This document shows positions 9,136 through 19,510 of a stretch of DNA of 64,000 bases, one piece after another. A program made the position numbers and the translations under genes. The notes beneath the pieces were generated by a model. The model was given only the letters and a program-made list of their open reading frames with translations. It was not told the DNA's origin and made no database searches. Source of the DNA: an uncultured Acidimicrobiia bacterium (GTDB lineage: Bacteria; Actinomycetota; Acidimicrobiia; IMCC26256; JAENVU01); contig CAVVXW010000003.1 in assembly GCA_963752335.1 (NCBI GenBank), forward strand, positions 183,187-247,186. The letters run 5' to 3'. The stretch's first letter is position 1; the number at the start of each line of letters is the position of its first letter.

Positions 9136-10475
9136 GCGCGTCGGGCAAGGAAGTCCGCGAGACGCGCATCCTCACGCGCCGGCTCCGCGAGGTGCGGGAC
9201 TCCTTCACGTACGAATCGGCCCGAGGTGATGGCGCGTACACCGTCTGGGAGCGCGTGCTGCGAGCGAACGATCCCGCGGACGTCCTCGCGCAGGTGAAGG
9301 CCTCGGGGCTCCGTGGTCGGGGCGGCGCGAACTTCCCGACGGCGATCAAGTGGGAGTCCCTGCCCGACGTCTCCCCCCGCTATCTCGTGATCAACGGGGA
9401 CGAGGGCGAGCCGTCCACGTTCAAGGATCGTGAGCTGATCGAGAAGGATCCCCACCAACTGATCGAGGGCATCGCGATCGAGGCGTTCGCGTGCGGGATC
9501 CACACGTGCTTCCTCTACCTCCGCGGCGAGTTCGCGCTCGGCGCCGACCGTCTGACCCAGGCCCTCGCGGACGCGCGCACGAACGGTTGGATCGGCGAGA
9601 ACATCCTCGGGACGGGCTACGACCTCGAGATCGTGCTCCACCGGGGTGCCGGCGCATACATCTGCGGCGAGGAGAGCGCGCTGATCGAGAGCCTCGAGGG
9701 CAAGCGCGGGATGCCGCGTATCAAGCCGCCCCTGCCGATCCACTCCGGCGTGTACGCGAAGCCGACGGTCGTCAACAACGTCGAGACGGCGAGCACGCTC
9801 CCGCACATCATGATGATGGGCGGGGCGAAGTACGCCGAGCTCGGGGTGAACCGCAGCACGGGAACCCGGATCGCGGCGATCTCGGGGCACGTGCGGCGCC
9901 CGGGCATCTACGAGATCGAGTTCGGAATGAACTTCCGCGAGATCATCTTCGAACTCGCGGGCGGGATCCGGGAGGACCGCGCACTCAAGTTCTTCCTGCC
10001 GGGCGGAGCGTCCTTCCAGTGGTTGATGCCGATCGACGAGCACCTCGACCAGAGCTACGACATCGACGACATCTCCGCGAATCTCGGGACCACGCTCGGC
10101 TCGGGGGCGATCATGGTCTACGACGAGACGACCGACCCGTTGCTCGTCGCCTGGCGGCTCGCGAAGTTCTTCGCGCACGAGTCCTGTGGGAAGTGCACGC
10201 CGTGTCGCGAGGGCACCGGCTGGATCGAGAAGGTGCTCTACCGCATGAGCCACGGTCAGGGCCGTCCCGGCGACCTCGACCTGCTCGTCTCCGTGAGCGC
10301 GGACATCTCCCCCGACGTCATGCGCGCGCCGTTCACCCAGACCACGATCTGCCCGCTCGGGCCGTCGCCCGTGAGCGCGGTGGCGAGCATCGCCAAGCAC
10401 TTCCGGGCCGAGGCCGAGGCCGCCTGCGCCGCCGGGCCCACGGCGATCCCCGTGACCGCGGGGGTGAGCGAATGA
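9132..10475 (+). CDS. nuoF: NADH-quinone oxidoreductase subunit F (operon 1)
   Basis: GTG 9132 overlaps the nuoE stop (GTGA). Motifs GLRGRGGANFPT, GAGAYICGEESALIESLEG and ESCGKCTPCREG. Confidence 0.93.
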   Translation: MSASGKEVRETRILTRRLREVRDSFTYESARGDGAYTVWERVLRANDPADVLAQVKASGLRGRGGANFPTAIKWESLPDVSPRYLVINGDEGEPSTFKDRELIEKDPHQLIEGIAIEAFACGIHTCFLYLRGEFALGADRLTQALADARTNGWIGENILGTGYDLEIVLHRGAGAYICGEESALIESLEGKRGMPRIKPPLPIHSGVYAKPTVVNNVETASTLPHIMMMGGAKYAELGVNRSTGTRIAAISGHVRRPGIYEIEFGMNFREIIFELAGGIREDRALKFFLPGGASFQWLMPIDEHLDQSYDIDDISANLGTTLGSGAIMVYDETTDPLLVAWRLAKFFAHESCGKCTPCREGTGWIEKVLYRMSHGQGRPGDLDLLVSVSADISPDVMRAPFTQTTICPLGPSPVSAVASIAKHFRAEAEAACAAGPTAIPVTAGVSE

Positions 10476-13204
10476 CCAGCACGAGCGAGGCGTCGACCCC
10501 CGTGAACCCGCCGGCCAACTCGGCGAGCGGAGCCGGAGCGCCCCGCGCCACGGGCGCGAGAGCGGTCGAGACGGTGTCGATCACCATCGACGGGAAGACC
10601 GTCGAGGTGCCCAAGGGCGAGCTGCTCATCAAGGCCGCTCAGGAGCACGGCACCTACATCCCGCGCTTCTGCTGGCACGAGCGGATGAAGCCGGTCGGCA
10701 TGTGCCGCATGTGCCTCGTCGAGGTCGACGGGATCCGCGGGCTTCCGCCCGCGTGCACCCTTCCCGTCGCCGAGGGCATGGTGGTGAACACCCTCTCCGA
10801 CGCGGTCAAGCAGGCCCAGGACGGCGTGCTCGAGCTGCTGCTCGTGAACCATCCGCTCGACTGTCCGGTGTGCGACCGCGGCGGGGAGTGCCCGCTGCAG
10901 GACACGACGCTCGCGTTCGGACCGGGTGAGTCGCGCTTCACCGAGGAGAAGCGGCATTGGGAGAAGCCGATTCCGGTCTCGGATCTCGTCCTGCTCGACC
11001 GCGAGCGCTGCATCCAGTGCGCGCGCTGCACCCGATTCGCGGACGAGATCGCGGGTGACGCGCTCATCAGCTTCTACGACCGCGGCGGACACACCGAGAT
11101 CGCGACGTTCCCCGACGAGCCGTTCGCGTCGTACTTCTCGGGGAACACGGTCCAGATCTGCCCGGTCGGCGCGCTCACCGCGAAGCCGTACCGGTTCCGG
11201 GCCCGGCCGTGGGACCTCGCGGCGACCGAGACCAGCTGCACCACCTGTGCGCTGCACTGTCGGGGGTCGGTCGAGTCCAGCTCCAACCGCGTCGTGCGGT
11301 TGCTCGGCGTCGACAGCGAGCCGGTCAACCAGGGTTGGCTCTGCGACAAGGGTCGTTACGGCTACGAGGCCATCCATCACGAGAGCCGGGTGCTGCATCC
11401 GATGATCCGGCGCGGCGACGAGCTCGTACGGTGCTCATGGCCCGAGGCGCTCGATGCCGCCGCCGACGCCCTCCGCGACGCTCTCGCCCGGCACGGTGCG
11501 TCCTCGATCGGCGTTCTCGGCGGCGCTCGCGGCACCAACGAGGACGCGTACGTGTGGGCCCGGTTCGCCAAGGGCGTGCTCCGGACCGACAACGTCGACG
11601 CTCAGCCCGGTGACGGACTCCCGGCCGAGATCGCGCTGGGGCTCCCGGGCGCGACCGTCGCGGATCTCGACCGTGCCGGGGCGATCGTCGTCCTCGGCGT
11701 GGACCTCAAGGAGGAGGTCCCGGTCCTCTACCTCCGTGCTCGTCGGGCCGCCGAGGACCTCGGGGTCCCGCTGGTGGAGATCCACCCCACCGCCACCGGA
11801 CTCACCCCCTACGCGACGGGCTCGCTCCGGCCGGCGCCGGGTGAGCTCGCGGCGACCGTCGCCGCGCTCGTGGGTGCCCTCGACGGCACCGCCTCGGGTG
11901 ATGCGGCGGTTGATGCCGCGGCAGCCGCGATCTCCGCCCGCCCGGGCGATCTCGTGGTCGTCGCGGGCCGCGGCAACCTGGCCGCGTCGGTCGACGACAC
12001 CGTCGCGGCTCTGGGAGCGCTTCGTGACCGCTCGGGCACGCGGTTCCTGACGGCGCTGCGGCGGAGCAACGTACGGGGTGCGCTCGACCTCGGCCTCGCG
12101 CCCGGGTTCCTTCCCGGGAGGGTCACGCTCGACGCGGGGCGCGAGTGGTTCGAGGAGGCCTGGGGCGCGGTGCCGAGTGACGCCGGGCTCGACGCTCTCG
12201 GGATGCTGGCGTCGGCGGCTGCCGGTGACATCGACGTGCTCGTGCTGCTCGGTGCCGATCCGCACGACGACTGCCCCGACCGGGAGCGAGCGGTGCGCGG
12301 GCTCGCCGGCGCTCGCTTCACGATCGCAGTGGACATGTTCCTCACCGACAGCACACGCGGTGCCGACGTGTTCCTGCCTGTCACTGCGTGGGGTGAGCAG
12401 GACGGCACCGTCACCAACCTCGAGGGCCGCGTCCAGCGCGTCTCCAGCCGGGTGTCGCCCGAGGGCACCGCGATGCCCGACTGGCGGATCGCCGCGGAGC
12501 TCGCGTTCCGCCTGCGCGAGGATTTCGATCTCGCCACCGCGGCCGAGGTGACCGACGAGATCGCACGCGTCGCGCCGGCCTTCGCCGGGGTGGATGCCGC
12601 GCTCGTCCGGCGGGCGCGCGACGGGGTGGTGCTGCCGCTCGCCGACCACCGGGACGAGCTCGTGCTCGGCCCGCTGTCGATCCCGTTGACGGATGCGTCG
12701 TGGGAGCCGATCGTGCCGGGTCAGGTCGACGCGACGCACGCGGGCGCGCCCGAGGACGGGGACGGCCCCGAGGGCGGCGATGCCCCGACCGCCGACGAGC
12801 TGGGGTCTGATGGCCCGCCCGACGTCCCGACGCTGCACGTGTGGACGAGTCCGGTCCGGGTGGGTGACCGCCCGGGTCGTGACGCCTACGCTCTGCGGCT
12901 CGTGAGCGGCCGGGTCCTGTACGACGGTGGCATCGCAGTCGGCGCGACGCCCGCCTTCGACCCGCTCGTACGCCCCGGGGTGCTGCGCGTCAGCCCCCAC
13001 GACCGTGACCGCATCGGTGTCGCCGATGGCGGGTCGGTGCGGGTGACCTCCGCCCGTGGTCAGCTCGAGATCGCGCTGGAAGCGGATCCGGCGGTCCCGG
13101 TGGGCACCGCCGCGCTGGCCTGGAACCTCCCCGGGCACTCCGCCGCACTGCTCGTGGACACCACCGCGCCGGTCACGGACCTGCGCGTGGAGTCGATCCG
13201 GTGA
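10472..13204 (+). CDS. nuoG: NADH-quinone oxidoreductase subunit G (operon 1)
   Basis: ATG 10472 overlaps the nuoF stop (ATGA). Motifs PRFCWHERMKPVGMCRMCLVEV, HPLDCPVCDRGGECPLQD and CIQCARCTRF; the rest is a molybdopterin-like domain. Confidence 0.93.
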   Translation: MTSTSEASTPVNPPANSASGAGAPRATGARAVETVSITIDGKTVEVPKGELLIKAAQEHGTYIPRFCWHERMKPVGMCRMCLVEVDGIRGLPPACTLPVAEGMVVNTLSDAVKQAQDGVLELLLVNHPLDCPVCDRGGECPLQDTTLAFGPGESRFTEEKRHWEKPIPVSDLVLLDRERCIQCARCTRFADEIAGDALISFYDRGGHTEIATFPDEPFASYFSGNTVQICPVGALTAKPYRFRARPWDLAATETSCTTCALHCRGSVESSSNRVVRLLGVDSEPVNQGWLCDKGRYGYEAIHHESRVLHPMIRRGDELVRCSWPEALDAAADALRDALARHGASSIGVLGGARGTNEDAYVWARFAKGVLRTDNVDAQPGDGLPAEIALGLPGATVADLDRAGAIVVLGVDLKEEVPVLYLRARRAAEDLGVPLVEIHPTATGLTPYATGSLRPAPGELAATVAALVGALDGTASGDAAVDAAAAAISARPGDLVVVAGRGNLAASVDDTVAALGALRDRSGTRFLTALRRSNVRGALDLGLAPGFLPGRVTLDAGREWFEEAWGAVPSDAGLDALGMLASAAAGDIDVLVLLGADPHDDCPDRERAVRGLAGARFTIAVDMFLTDSTRGADVFLPVTAWGEQDGTVTNLEGRVQRVSSRVSPEGTAMPDWRIAAELAFRLREDFDLATAAEVTDEIARVAPAFAGVDAALVRRARDGVVLPLADHRDELVLGPLSIPLTDASWEPIVPGQVDATHAGAPEDGDGPEGGDAPTADELGSDGPPDVPTLHVWTSPVRVGDRPGRDAYALRLVSGRVLYDGGIAVGATPAFDPLVRPGVLRVSPHDRDRIGVADGGSVRVTSARGQLEIALEADPAVPVGTAALAWNLPGHSAALLVDTTAPVTDLRVESIR

Positions 13205-14412
13205 GCGTCCTCGGCGTGCTCGGCGCGGATCCCCTCCTGGAGGGGCCGGTCGATCTCGAGGTCGTGCTGATCGTCATCGGCAAGACGATCGTCGTGTTCG
13301 CGCTCCTGCTCGTCCTCGTCCTCTTCTACATCTGGTTCATGCGCAAGGTCATCGCCGACATGCAGAACCGGATCGGTCCCGACAACGCCGGGCCGTGGGG
13401 CATCCTCCAGACGCTCGCGGACGGCATCAAGCTCTTCTTCAAGGAGCAGTCGATCCCGGACTCCGCGGACCGGTTCGTGTTCCGGCTCGCGCCGTATCTC
13501 TCGGTGTTGCCGGCCTTCCTCGCGTTCTCGATCATCCCGATCGGCGGCAAGGTCTCGATCGCCGGGCACCAGACCTATCTCCAGCTCGCCGACCCCCCGA
13601 TCGGCGTCCTGTTCCTGCTCATGATGTCCGGGATCGGGTTGTACGGCGTGATGCTCGCGGGTTGGTCGAGCGGGTCCAAGTACCCGCTGCTCGGCGCCGT
13701 CCGCGCGTCGGCACAGCTGCTCTCCTACGAGGCCGCGTTCGGGTTGTCGGTGGTCGCGGTGCTGTTGCACGCAGGGACCCTGACCACACGCGGCATCGCC
13801 GACGCCCAGGCGTGGACGAGTTGGCACTCCTTCGTCACCGAGTGGTACTGGAGCATCGCGATCGTGTCGTTCGTGATCTTCCTCATCGCCGCGGTGGCCG
13901 AGACGAACCACCCCCCTTTCGACCTCGTCGAGGCGGAGCAGGAGCTCGTGGGTGGGTTCCACACCGAGTACACGGGCATCCGGTTCGCGATCTTCTTCCT
14001 CGCGGAGTTCATGAACGTCATCACGATGTCGGCCATCGCGGTGACGCTCTTCCTGGGTGGCCCGTCGGGGCCGGCACTCGGGTTCCTCCCGGCGTCGGGA
14101 GTGGTGAACGTCTGGATCATGCCGGTGTTCTGGTTCTTCGCCAAAGTGCTCGCGTTGCTGTTCGCCACCGTGTGGCTGCGGGCCTCGGTCCCGCGCCTGC
14201 GCTATGACCAGCTCATGGACCTCGGGTGGAAGTGGCTGATCGAGCTCTCGTTCCTCGCGGTGATGGTGACCGCGGTGATCGTGGTGGCGCGCGACCAGGC
14301 TTGGGACCGTTGGATCGCGGTCCCTGCCGCCTTCGGCGGAGCCATCCTCGTGCTCGGTGTGCTGCGCCTCTGCATGCCCAAGCGCGACGAGTCCGTCAGC
14401 GAGGTGGTCTAG
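13201..14412 (+). CDS. nuoH: NADH-quinone oxidoreductase subunit H (operon 1)
   Basis: GTG 13201 overlaps the nuoG stop (GTGA). Polytopic protein with [21 protein letters not shown] and RLRYDQLM motifs. Confidence 0.93.
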   Translation: MSVLGVLGADPLLEGPVDLEVVLIVIGKTIVVFALLLVLVLFYIWFMRKVIADMQNRIGPDNAGPWGILQTLADGIKLFFKEQSIPDSADRFVFRLAPYLSVLPAFLAFSIIPIGGKVSIAGHQTYLQLADPPIGVLFLLMMSGIGLYGVMLAGWSSGSKYPLLGAVRASAQLLSYEAAFGLSVVAVLLHAGTLTTRGIADAQAWTSWHSFVTEWYWSIAIVSFVIFLIAAVAETNHPPFDLVEAEQELVGGFHTEYTGIRFAIFFLAEFMNVITMSAIAVTLFLGGPSGPALGFLPASGVVNVWIMPVFWFFAKVLALLFATVWLRASVPRLRYDQLMDLGWKWLIELSFLAVMVTAVIVVARDQAWDRWIAVPAAFGGAILVLGVLRLCMPKRDESVSEVV

Positions 14413-15030
14413 TGGGGTTCGCGAAGGGGTTCGGAGTCACGTTCCGGCAGATGTTCCGGCCGCGCGTGACGACCGAGTACCCACACGAGAAGCGTCCGAA
14501 GCCCGAGCGGTTCCACGGCCGCCACGTCCTCAACCGCTACGAGGACGGGATGGAGAAGTGCATCGGCTGCGAGCTGTGCGCGGGCGTGTGCCCGGCGGAG
14601 TGCATCTACGTGCGCGGCGCCGACAACCCGCCCGACGCCCCGGTCTCTCCCGGCGAGCGGTACGGCTTCGTCTACGAGATCAACTACCTCCGGTGCATCC
14701 ATTGCGACATGTGCGTGGAAGCGTGCCCGACCGAGGCGATCACCGAGACCAAGCTCTTCGAGTTCTCGTTCACGGACCGGGCCGACGCGATCTACACCAA
14801 GTCCGAGCTCCTGGTCGGCGACGACGGGCGGGCCCGGCGCCAGCCGTGGGAGCTGTGGATGGGTGGCGAGGACGACCACACCAGCGCCTGGATGCGCGCG
14901 ACGTCGCCGAGTGGCGATGTCACCCGCGAGGGTCGCGTTCGCGTGGAGCCGAGAGCTCGGGTTCGGCGAACGTCTCCCCGAGGACGGCCAGCGCCCCCCA
15001 CGCGCTGCTCGAGGCGAACCCGATGCCTGA
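14412..15030 (+). CDS. nuoI: NADH-quinone oxidoreductase subunit I (operon 1); 3' end probably frame-shifted as assembled
   Basis: GTG 14412 overlaps the nuoH TAG by 1 nt. Motifs [12 protein letters not shown] and [12 protein letters not shown]. After about 14935 the listed frame (stop at 15068) turns R/S/P-rich. The +1 frame reads [19 protein letters not shown] and stops at 15030, 8 nt into nuoJ. Confidence 0.75.
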
Positions 15031-15578
15031 GCTCCTCCTCTTCCTCGTGTTCGCGGGCCTGGCCCTGATCGCGGCGCTCGGCGTGGTCCTCGCCAAGAAC
15101 CCGGTGCACTCGGCACTCTTCCTGGTGAGCGTGCTGATCTCGATCGCGGTGCTGTTCATCCTCCAGGACGCACAGCTGCTGGCCGCGGTGCAGGTGATCG
15201 TCTACGCCGGCGCGATCGTCGTGCTCTTCCTCTTCGTGATCATGCTGCTCGGCGTCGACCGCAGCGAGTCCACCGCCGAGACCCTCAGACTCCAGCGGCC
15301 GGCCGCGATCCTGATCGGGGTCGCGTCCGCCGCGGCGCTGATCGGGCTCGGGTGGGACCACTGGGCCACCGGGCAGCAGTCCGCTCGTGGGGTCGTCGCG
15401 CCGAGGATCGGCAACGTCCGCGGTGTCGCGGAGAGCCTGTTCACGTCCTTCCTGTGGCCGTTCGAGCTGACCGCCGTCCTGCTCGTTGCCGCGGTGATCG
15501 GTGGCGTGGTGCTCGCCGCGACGCTCGCACATGCGCGCCGACCGGGAGCTGACCGATCTCGAGGAGCAGGGGTCGTGA
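15023..15578 (+). CDS. nuoJ: NADH-quinone oxidoreductase subunit J (operon 1); no in-frame stop as assembled
   Basis: ATG 15023 with GAGG 8 nt upstream; begins [32 protein letters not shown]. From about 15530 the GC3 signal moves to the +1 frame ([18 protein letters not shown] 15576-15578), which gives a GTGA overlap with nuoK. Read uncorrected, the frame runs straight into nuoK. Confidence 0.8.
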
Positions 15579-15894
15579 TCGCGTCCGCGTACGTCACGCC
15601 GACCTACTACCTCGTCTTCGCCGCGGTCCTGTTCGCGATCGGCGCGGTCGGACTGCTCGTGCGCCGCAACGTCCTCGTCATGTTCATGTGCGTCGAGCTG
15701 ATGCTCAACGCGGTCAACCTGACCTTCGTGGCGTTCTCACGCGGCTCGACGACATCGGTGGCCAGGCCATCGTGTTCTTCGTCCTCGTCGTCGCCGCCGC
15801 CGAGGTCGCAGTGGGGCTCGCGATCATCGTGGCCATCTTCCGGGGCCGTCGCAGTGGTGCGACCGCCGACGACGTCGACGTGCTCTCGGGGTAG
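15575..15894 (+). pseudogene. nuoK: NADH-quinone oxidoreductase subunit K (operon 1), frameshifted as assembled
   Basis: The N-terminal half ([56 protein letters not shown]) is in one frame. The C-terminal half ([36 protein letters not shown] 15688..15894) is in the -1 frame. The junction is at about 15743-15745. Confidence 0.85.
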
Positions 15895-15908
15895 GGGACC
15901 CCACTTCC

Positions 15909-17963
15909 ATGGCTCGTGACCTCCTGGACCTCGTGTGGCTCGTCCCACTGCTGCCGCTCAGCGGCGCGGTGATCCTGCTGCTCGCGGGCAGACGCATCGG
16001 TGACCCGAAGGCCGGGTGGCTCGCGACCGGACTCATGGCCCTCGCGTTCGTCTGGTCGGTGGTGATGCTCGCGGCGTTGCTCGCGTTGCCGTCCGACGCG
16101 CGCTCGCACACGAGCGACGTGTACACGTGGCTCTCGATGGGGAACCTGCGCGTGCACCTCGGGTTCCTCGCCGATCCGCTGTCGGTCACGTGGATCCTGC
16201 TGGTCACCGGCGTCGGTTCGCTGATCCACCTGTACGCCATCGGCTACATGCGCGGTGACGAGCGGTACTCGCGCTTCTTCGCCTACTTCAACCTCTTCGC
16301 CACGGCCATGCTCGTGTTGGTGCTCGCGAGCAGCTTCCTGCTCACGTTCCTCGGGTGGGAGGGCGTCGGACTCTGCTCGTACCTCCTGATCGGCTTCTGG
16401 TACGAGCGGCCACGGGCCTCGAGCGCGTCGGTGAAGGCGTTCGTGACCAACCGGGTGGGCGACTTCGGGTTCATGATCGCGATGTTCTTCATCGTCGGGT
16501 CCCTGGGCACCCTCGACTACTCGGCGATGGGTCAGGCGTCGGGCATGGCGAAGTCCACCGCGACGGCGATCGCGTTGTTGCTCTTCCTCGGGTGCATCGG
16601 CAAGAGCGCCCAGATCGGGCTCCACGTGTGGCTGCCGGACGCGATGGAGGGCCCGACCCCGGTGTCGGCGCTGATCCACGCGGCCACCATGGTGACGGCG
16701 GGCGTCTTCCTCGTGTGCCGGGCCCACCCGTTCTTCGAGCGCTCGGGTACCGCGCTCGACGTCGTCGCGATCGTCGGTGCGCTCACCGCGCTGATCGCCG
16801 GCACCGTCGCCCTCGTCCAACCCGACATCAAACGCGTGCTCGCCTACAGCACGATCAGCCAGCTCGGCTACATGTTCCTCGCGGCGGGGGTACGCGCGTA
16901 TTCGATCGCGGTGTTCTTCGTCCTGGTGCACGCCTTCTACAAGGCGACCTTGTTCCTCGGTGCGGGGACCGTGATCCACGGCACCCACGACAACCAGGAC
17001 ATCCGCACGATGGGCGGCCTGCGCCGCTTCCTTCCCGGCACCGCACTCGGGTTCACGGTCGCGACGCTGGCGATCGCGGGTGTACCGCCACTGGCCGGGT
17101 TCTGGGCCAAGGACGACGCCATCAGCAGCGCGTTCTTCGGCCACGACTACGTCATCTACATCGTGGGACTGCTCGCCGCGCTGCTCACCGCGCTGTACAT
17201 GACACGCGAGGTGCTGCTGGTCTTCTACGGCAACGAGCGGTTCCACCCGCCCGTCGAGGTCGCGCGCACCGAGGCGGCCGACGCCGATGCCGCCGCCCCG
17301 GAGCCCGAGCCGGTGGCAGCCGGGCATCACGAGCCCGACCTCACCACCTCACCCACGGTCGACTACGGCGATCAACCCGTGCAACCGACCGCGGGCGATC
17401 CCCACGAGGGCAGCGGCGTCATGGTGGCGCCCGTGATCGCGCTGGCGCTCCTCGCGGTCGTGGGCGGGCTGCTCGACCTCCCGTTCGCCAAGCTCGAGTT
17501 CCTGAACCACTTCCTCGAGCCCGTGTTCGCGGTCGTCGCCTCACCCGAACCCACGAGCTTCTGGTCCGCGTTCGGTCTGGACGTGATCGCGGTCGCGGTC
17601 GCGGTCGCCGGCATCGTCATCTCGTGGCGGATCTACCGCGGGGGGCTGGAAGACCCGGCGATCGATCCCCTCGACCGGAGCCTCGGGCCGCTCGGTCGTC
17701 TGTTCGGCCACGCGTACTACTACGACGAGGGCATCGCGGCCGCGGTCGGCGGGCCGATCCGGCGCGCCGCCGAGTGGACGGCCGACGTGTTCGACCAGAA
17801 GGTGATCGACGGTGGCGTCAACGGCATCGCCCGGGCCTTCGCCGCCGCGGGCAGCGGGCTCCGGCGGGTGCAGACGGGGCTCGTCCGCCAGTACGCGCTC
17901 GGCATCGCGGTGGGCATGGTCGCGTTGCTCGTCTGGGCGGTCTGGCGAGCGGGGATCGCGTGA
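15909..17963 (+). CDS. nuoL: NADH-quinone oxidoreductase subunit L (operon 1)
   Basis: ORF 15909..17963. Motifs [16 protein letters not shown] and [27 protein letters not shown], with a long C-terminal lateral-helix region. Confidence 0.93.
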   Translation: MARDLLDLVWLVPLLPLSGAVILLLAGRRIGDPKAGWLATGLMALAFVWSVVMLAALLALPSDARSHTSDVYTWLSMGNLRVHLGFLADPLSVTWILLVTGVGSLIHLYAIGYMRGDERYSRFFAYFNLFATAMLVLVLASSFLLTFLGWEGVGLCSYLLIGFWYERPRASSASVKAFVTNRVGDFGFMIAMFFIVGSLGTLDYSAMGQASGMAKSTATAIALLLFLGCIGKSAQIGLHVWLPDAMEGPTPVSALIHAATMVTAGVFLVCRAHPFFERSGTALDVVAIVGALTALIAGTVALVQPDIKRVLAYSTISQLGYMFLAAGVRAYSIAVFFVLVHAFYKATLFLGAGTVIHGTHDNQDIRTMGGLRRFLPGTALGFTVATLAIAGVPPLAGFWAKDDAISSAFFGHDYVIYIVGLLAALLTALYMTREVLLVFYGNERFHPPVEVARTEAADADAAAPEPEPVAAGHHEPDLTTSPTVDYGDQPVQPTAGDPHEGSGVMVAPVIALALLAVVGGLLDLPFAKLEFLNHFLEPVFAVVASPEPTSFWSAFGLDVIAVAVAVAGIVISWRIYRGGLEDPAIDPLDRSLGPLGRLFGHAYYYDEGIAAAVGGPIRRAAEWTADVFDQKVIDGGVNGIARAFAAAGSGLRRVQTGLVRQYALGIAVGMVALLVWAVWRAGIA

Positions 17964-19510
17964 GGTCCTACCCGATCCTCACCGCGATCATCGTGACGCC
18001 GATGCTCGGCGCGCTCCTGATCCTGCTCACCCCGACGCGCCGGCCCGAGACTGCCCGCGCCGTCGGCTACCTGGCGTCGGCGGCCACGCTCGGCCTCGCA
18101 CTGTTGCTCCTCTGGAACTTCCGGACGAACTTCGGCGGCTTCCAGTTCACCGAGCACAACCGGTGGTTCGACTCGCTCGGCGTCGGCTACATCGTCGGCG
18201 TCGACGGCTTCAGCCTGTTCATGATCGTGGCGACCGCGCTGCTCTTCCCGATCGGATTGCTCGGCTCGTCCAAGCTCGACCACCGCGTCAAGGCGTACAC
18301 GTTCTGGTTCCTGGTGCTCGAGTCCGCGATCATGGGGATCTTCCTCTCCCTGGACCTCATCGCGTTCTTCGTGTTCTGGGAGGCGATGCTCGTCCCGATG
18401 TACTTCCTCATCGCGGGCTGGGGGAGCGCGAACCGCAGGTACGCGGCGATGAAGTTCTTCATCTACACGGCGGCCGGATCCGCGTTCCTCCTCGCGGCAC
18501 TGCTCGGGCTCGCCTTCCTGCACCAGTCCGCCACCGGCGTGCTGACGTTCGACTACCGCGTGCTCGCGCACTGGAGCGGACTCTCACAGTCGACCGAGCG
18601 CTGGCTGTTCCTCGGCTTCATGGTGGCGTTCGCGGTGAAGGCACCGCTGGTGCCCTTCCACACGTGGCTCCCCGACGTCCACACCGAGGCACCCACCGCG
18701 GGCTCGGTGGTGCTGGCCGGCGTGATCCTGAAGATGGGCGCCTACGGCGTGCTGCGGTTCGGCTTCGAGCTGTTCCCGCGCGCGTCGGTCGACTTCGCGC
18801 CGCTGTTCCTCACCCTTGCGGTGATCGGCATCGTCTACGGCTCGATCGTCGCGGCGATGCAACGCGACGCCAAGCGCGTCATCGCCTATTCGTCCGTCGC
18901 GCACATGGGCTTCATCCTGCTCGGCATCTTCTCCATCACGGTGTTCGGTCTCGACGGCGCGACCTTCACGATGGTGAGCCATCCGCTGACGACCGGCTCG
19001 CTCTTCCTCGTCATCGGGATGCTGTACGAGCGCCGCCACACTCGCGAGATCGACGCGTTCGGGGGCATCTGGAGATCCGCGCCCAAGCTCACCGCCCTCT
19101 TCCTGATCGCCACGTTCGCCGGGATCGGGTTGCCCGCGTTCTCGGGCTTCGTCGGCGAGTTCTTCTCCCTGCTCGGGACCTTCACCGTCCACCGGTGGTG
19201 GGCCGTCGTCGCGACCGCCGGCGTGATCCTCGGCGCCGTCTACATGTTGTGGATGTTCCAGCGCGTGTTCACCGGCGTCCCGGAGGGTGAGAACGCCACG
19301 ATGGCCGACGCGAACGGCCGCGAGCTCCTCGTGGTCCTTCCGCTCCTCGCCCTGTCGCTCTTCATCGGGCTCTGGCCGACGCCCGTCGTCGAGCGCATCG
19401 AGCCGACGGTGAAGTGCGTGATGCGGACGTTCGAGCGCAAGACCGATGTGAGCCGGCCACCGGTGGACACGTTCACCAGGTCCGCCGACGTGAAGGGCTG
19501 CCGCGGATGA
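17960..19510 (+). CDS. nuoM: NADH-quinone oxidoreductase subunit M (operon 1)
   Basis: GTG 17960 overlaps the nuoL stop (GTGA). Motifs FFVFWEAMLVPMYFLI and PFHTWLPDVHTEAPTAGSVVLAGVILKMG. Confidence 0.92.
   Translation: MRSYPILTAIIVTPMLGALLILLTPTRRPETARAVGYLASAATLGLALLLLWNFRTNFGGFQFTEHNRWFDSLGVGYIVGVDGFSLFMIVATALLFPIGLLGSSKLDHRVKAYTFWFLVLESAIMGIFLSLDLIAFFVFWEAMLVPMYFLIAGWGSANRRYAAMKFFIYTAAGSAFLLAALLGLAFLHQSATGVLTFDYRVLAHWSGLSQSTERWLFLGFMVAFAVKAPLVPFHTWLPDVHTEAPTAGSVVLAGVILKMGAYGVLRFGFELFPRASVDFAPLFLTLAVIGIVYGSIVAAMQRDAKRVIAYSSVAHMGFILLGIFSITVFGLDGATFTMVSHPLTTGSLFLVIGMLYERRHTREIDAFGGIWRSAPKLTALFLIATFAGIGLPAFSGFVGEFFSLLGTFTVHRWWAVVATAGVILGAVYMLWMFQRVFTGVPEGENATMADANGRELLVVLPLLALSLFIGLWPTPVVERIEPTVKCVMRTFERKTDVSRPPVDTFTRSADVKGCRG

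Noticed and set aside
9491-10471. N-terminal extensions of track ORFs. Examples are nuoG as 1237 aa from 9491, nuoM1 as 1051 aa from 16355, nuoD1 from 6777, nuoF from 8796, rplK from 47793 and rpoB from 50936.
   Set aside because: The upstream parts are out-of-frame overlaps of the preceding gene, with R/P/G-rich composition. The true starts were identified by ATGA/GTGA coupling or SD motifs and by the onset of family motifs.
15735-15750. Programmed -1 ribosomal frameshifting as the explanation for the nuoK1 split.
   Set aside because: There is no slippery heptamer (X XXY YYZ) at ttc tca cgc ggc tcg. No obvious downstream pseudoknot or hairpin was seen. The paralog nuoK2 is unsplit.
14357-15919. 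A 520-aa ORF that could be read as a NuoJ-NuoK fusion protein.
   Set aside because: Its first 220 codons are an out-of-frame shadow of nuoI. After nuoJ, the GC3 signal and a GTGA junction point to a separate nuoJ stop in the +1 frame. The last 55 codons are out of frame for NuoK. The fusion idea is kept only as an alternative in the nuoJ finding.
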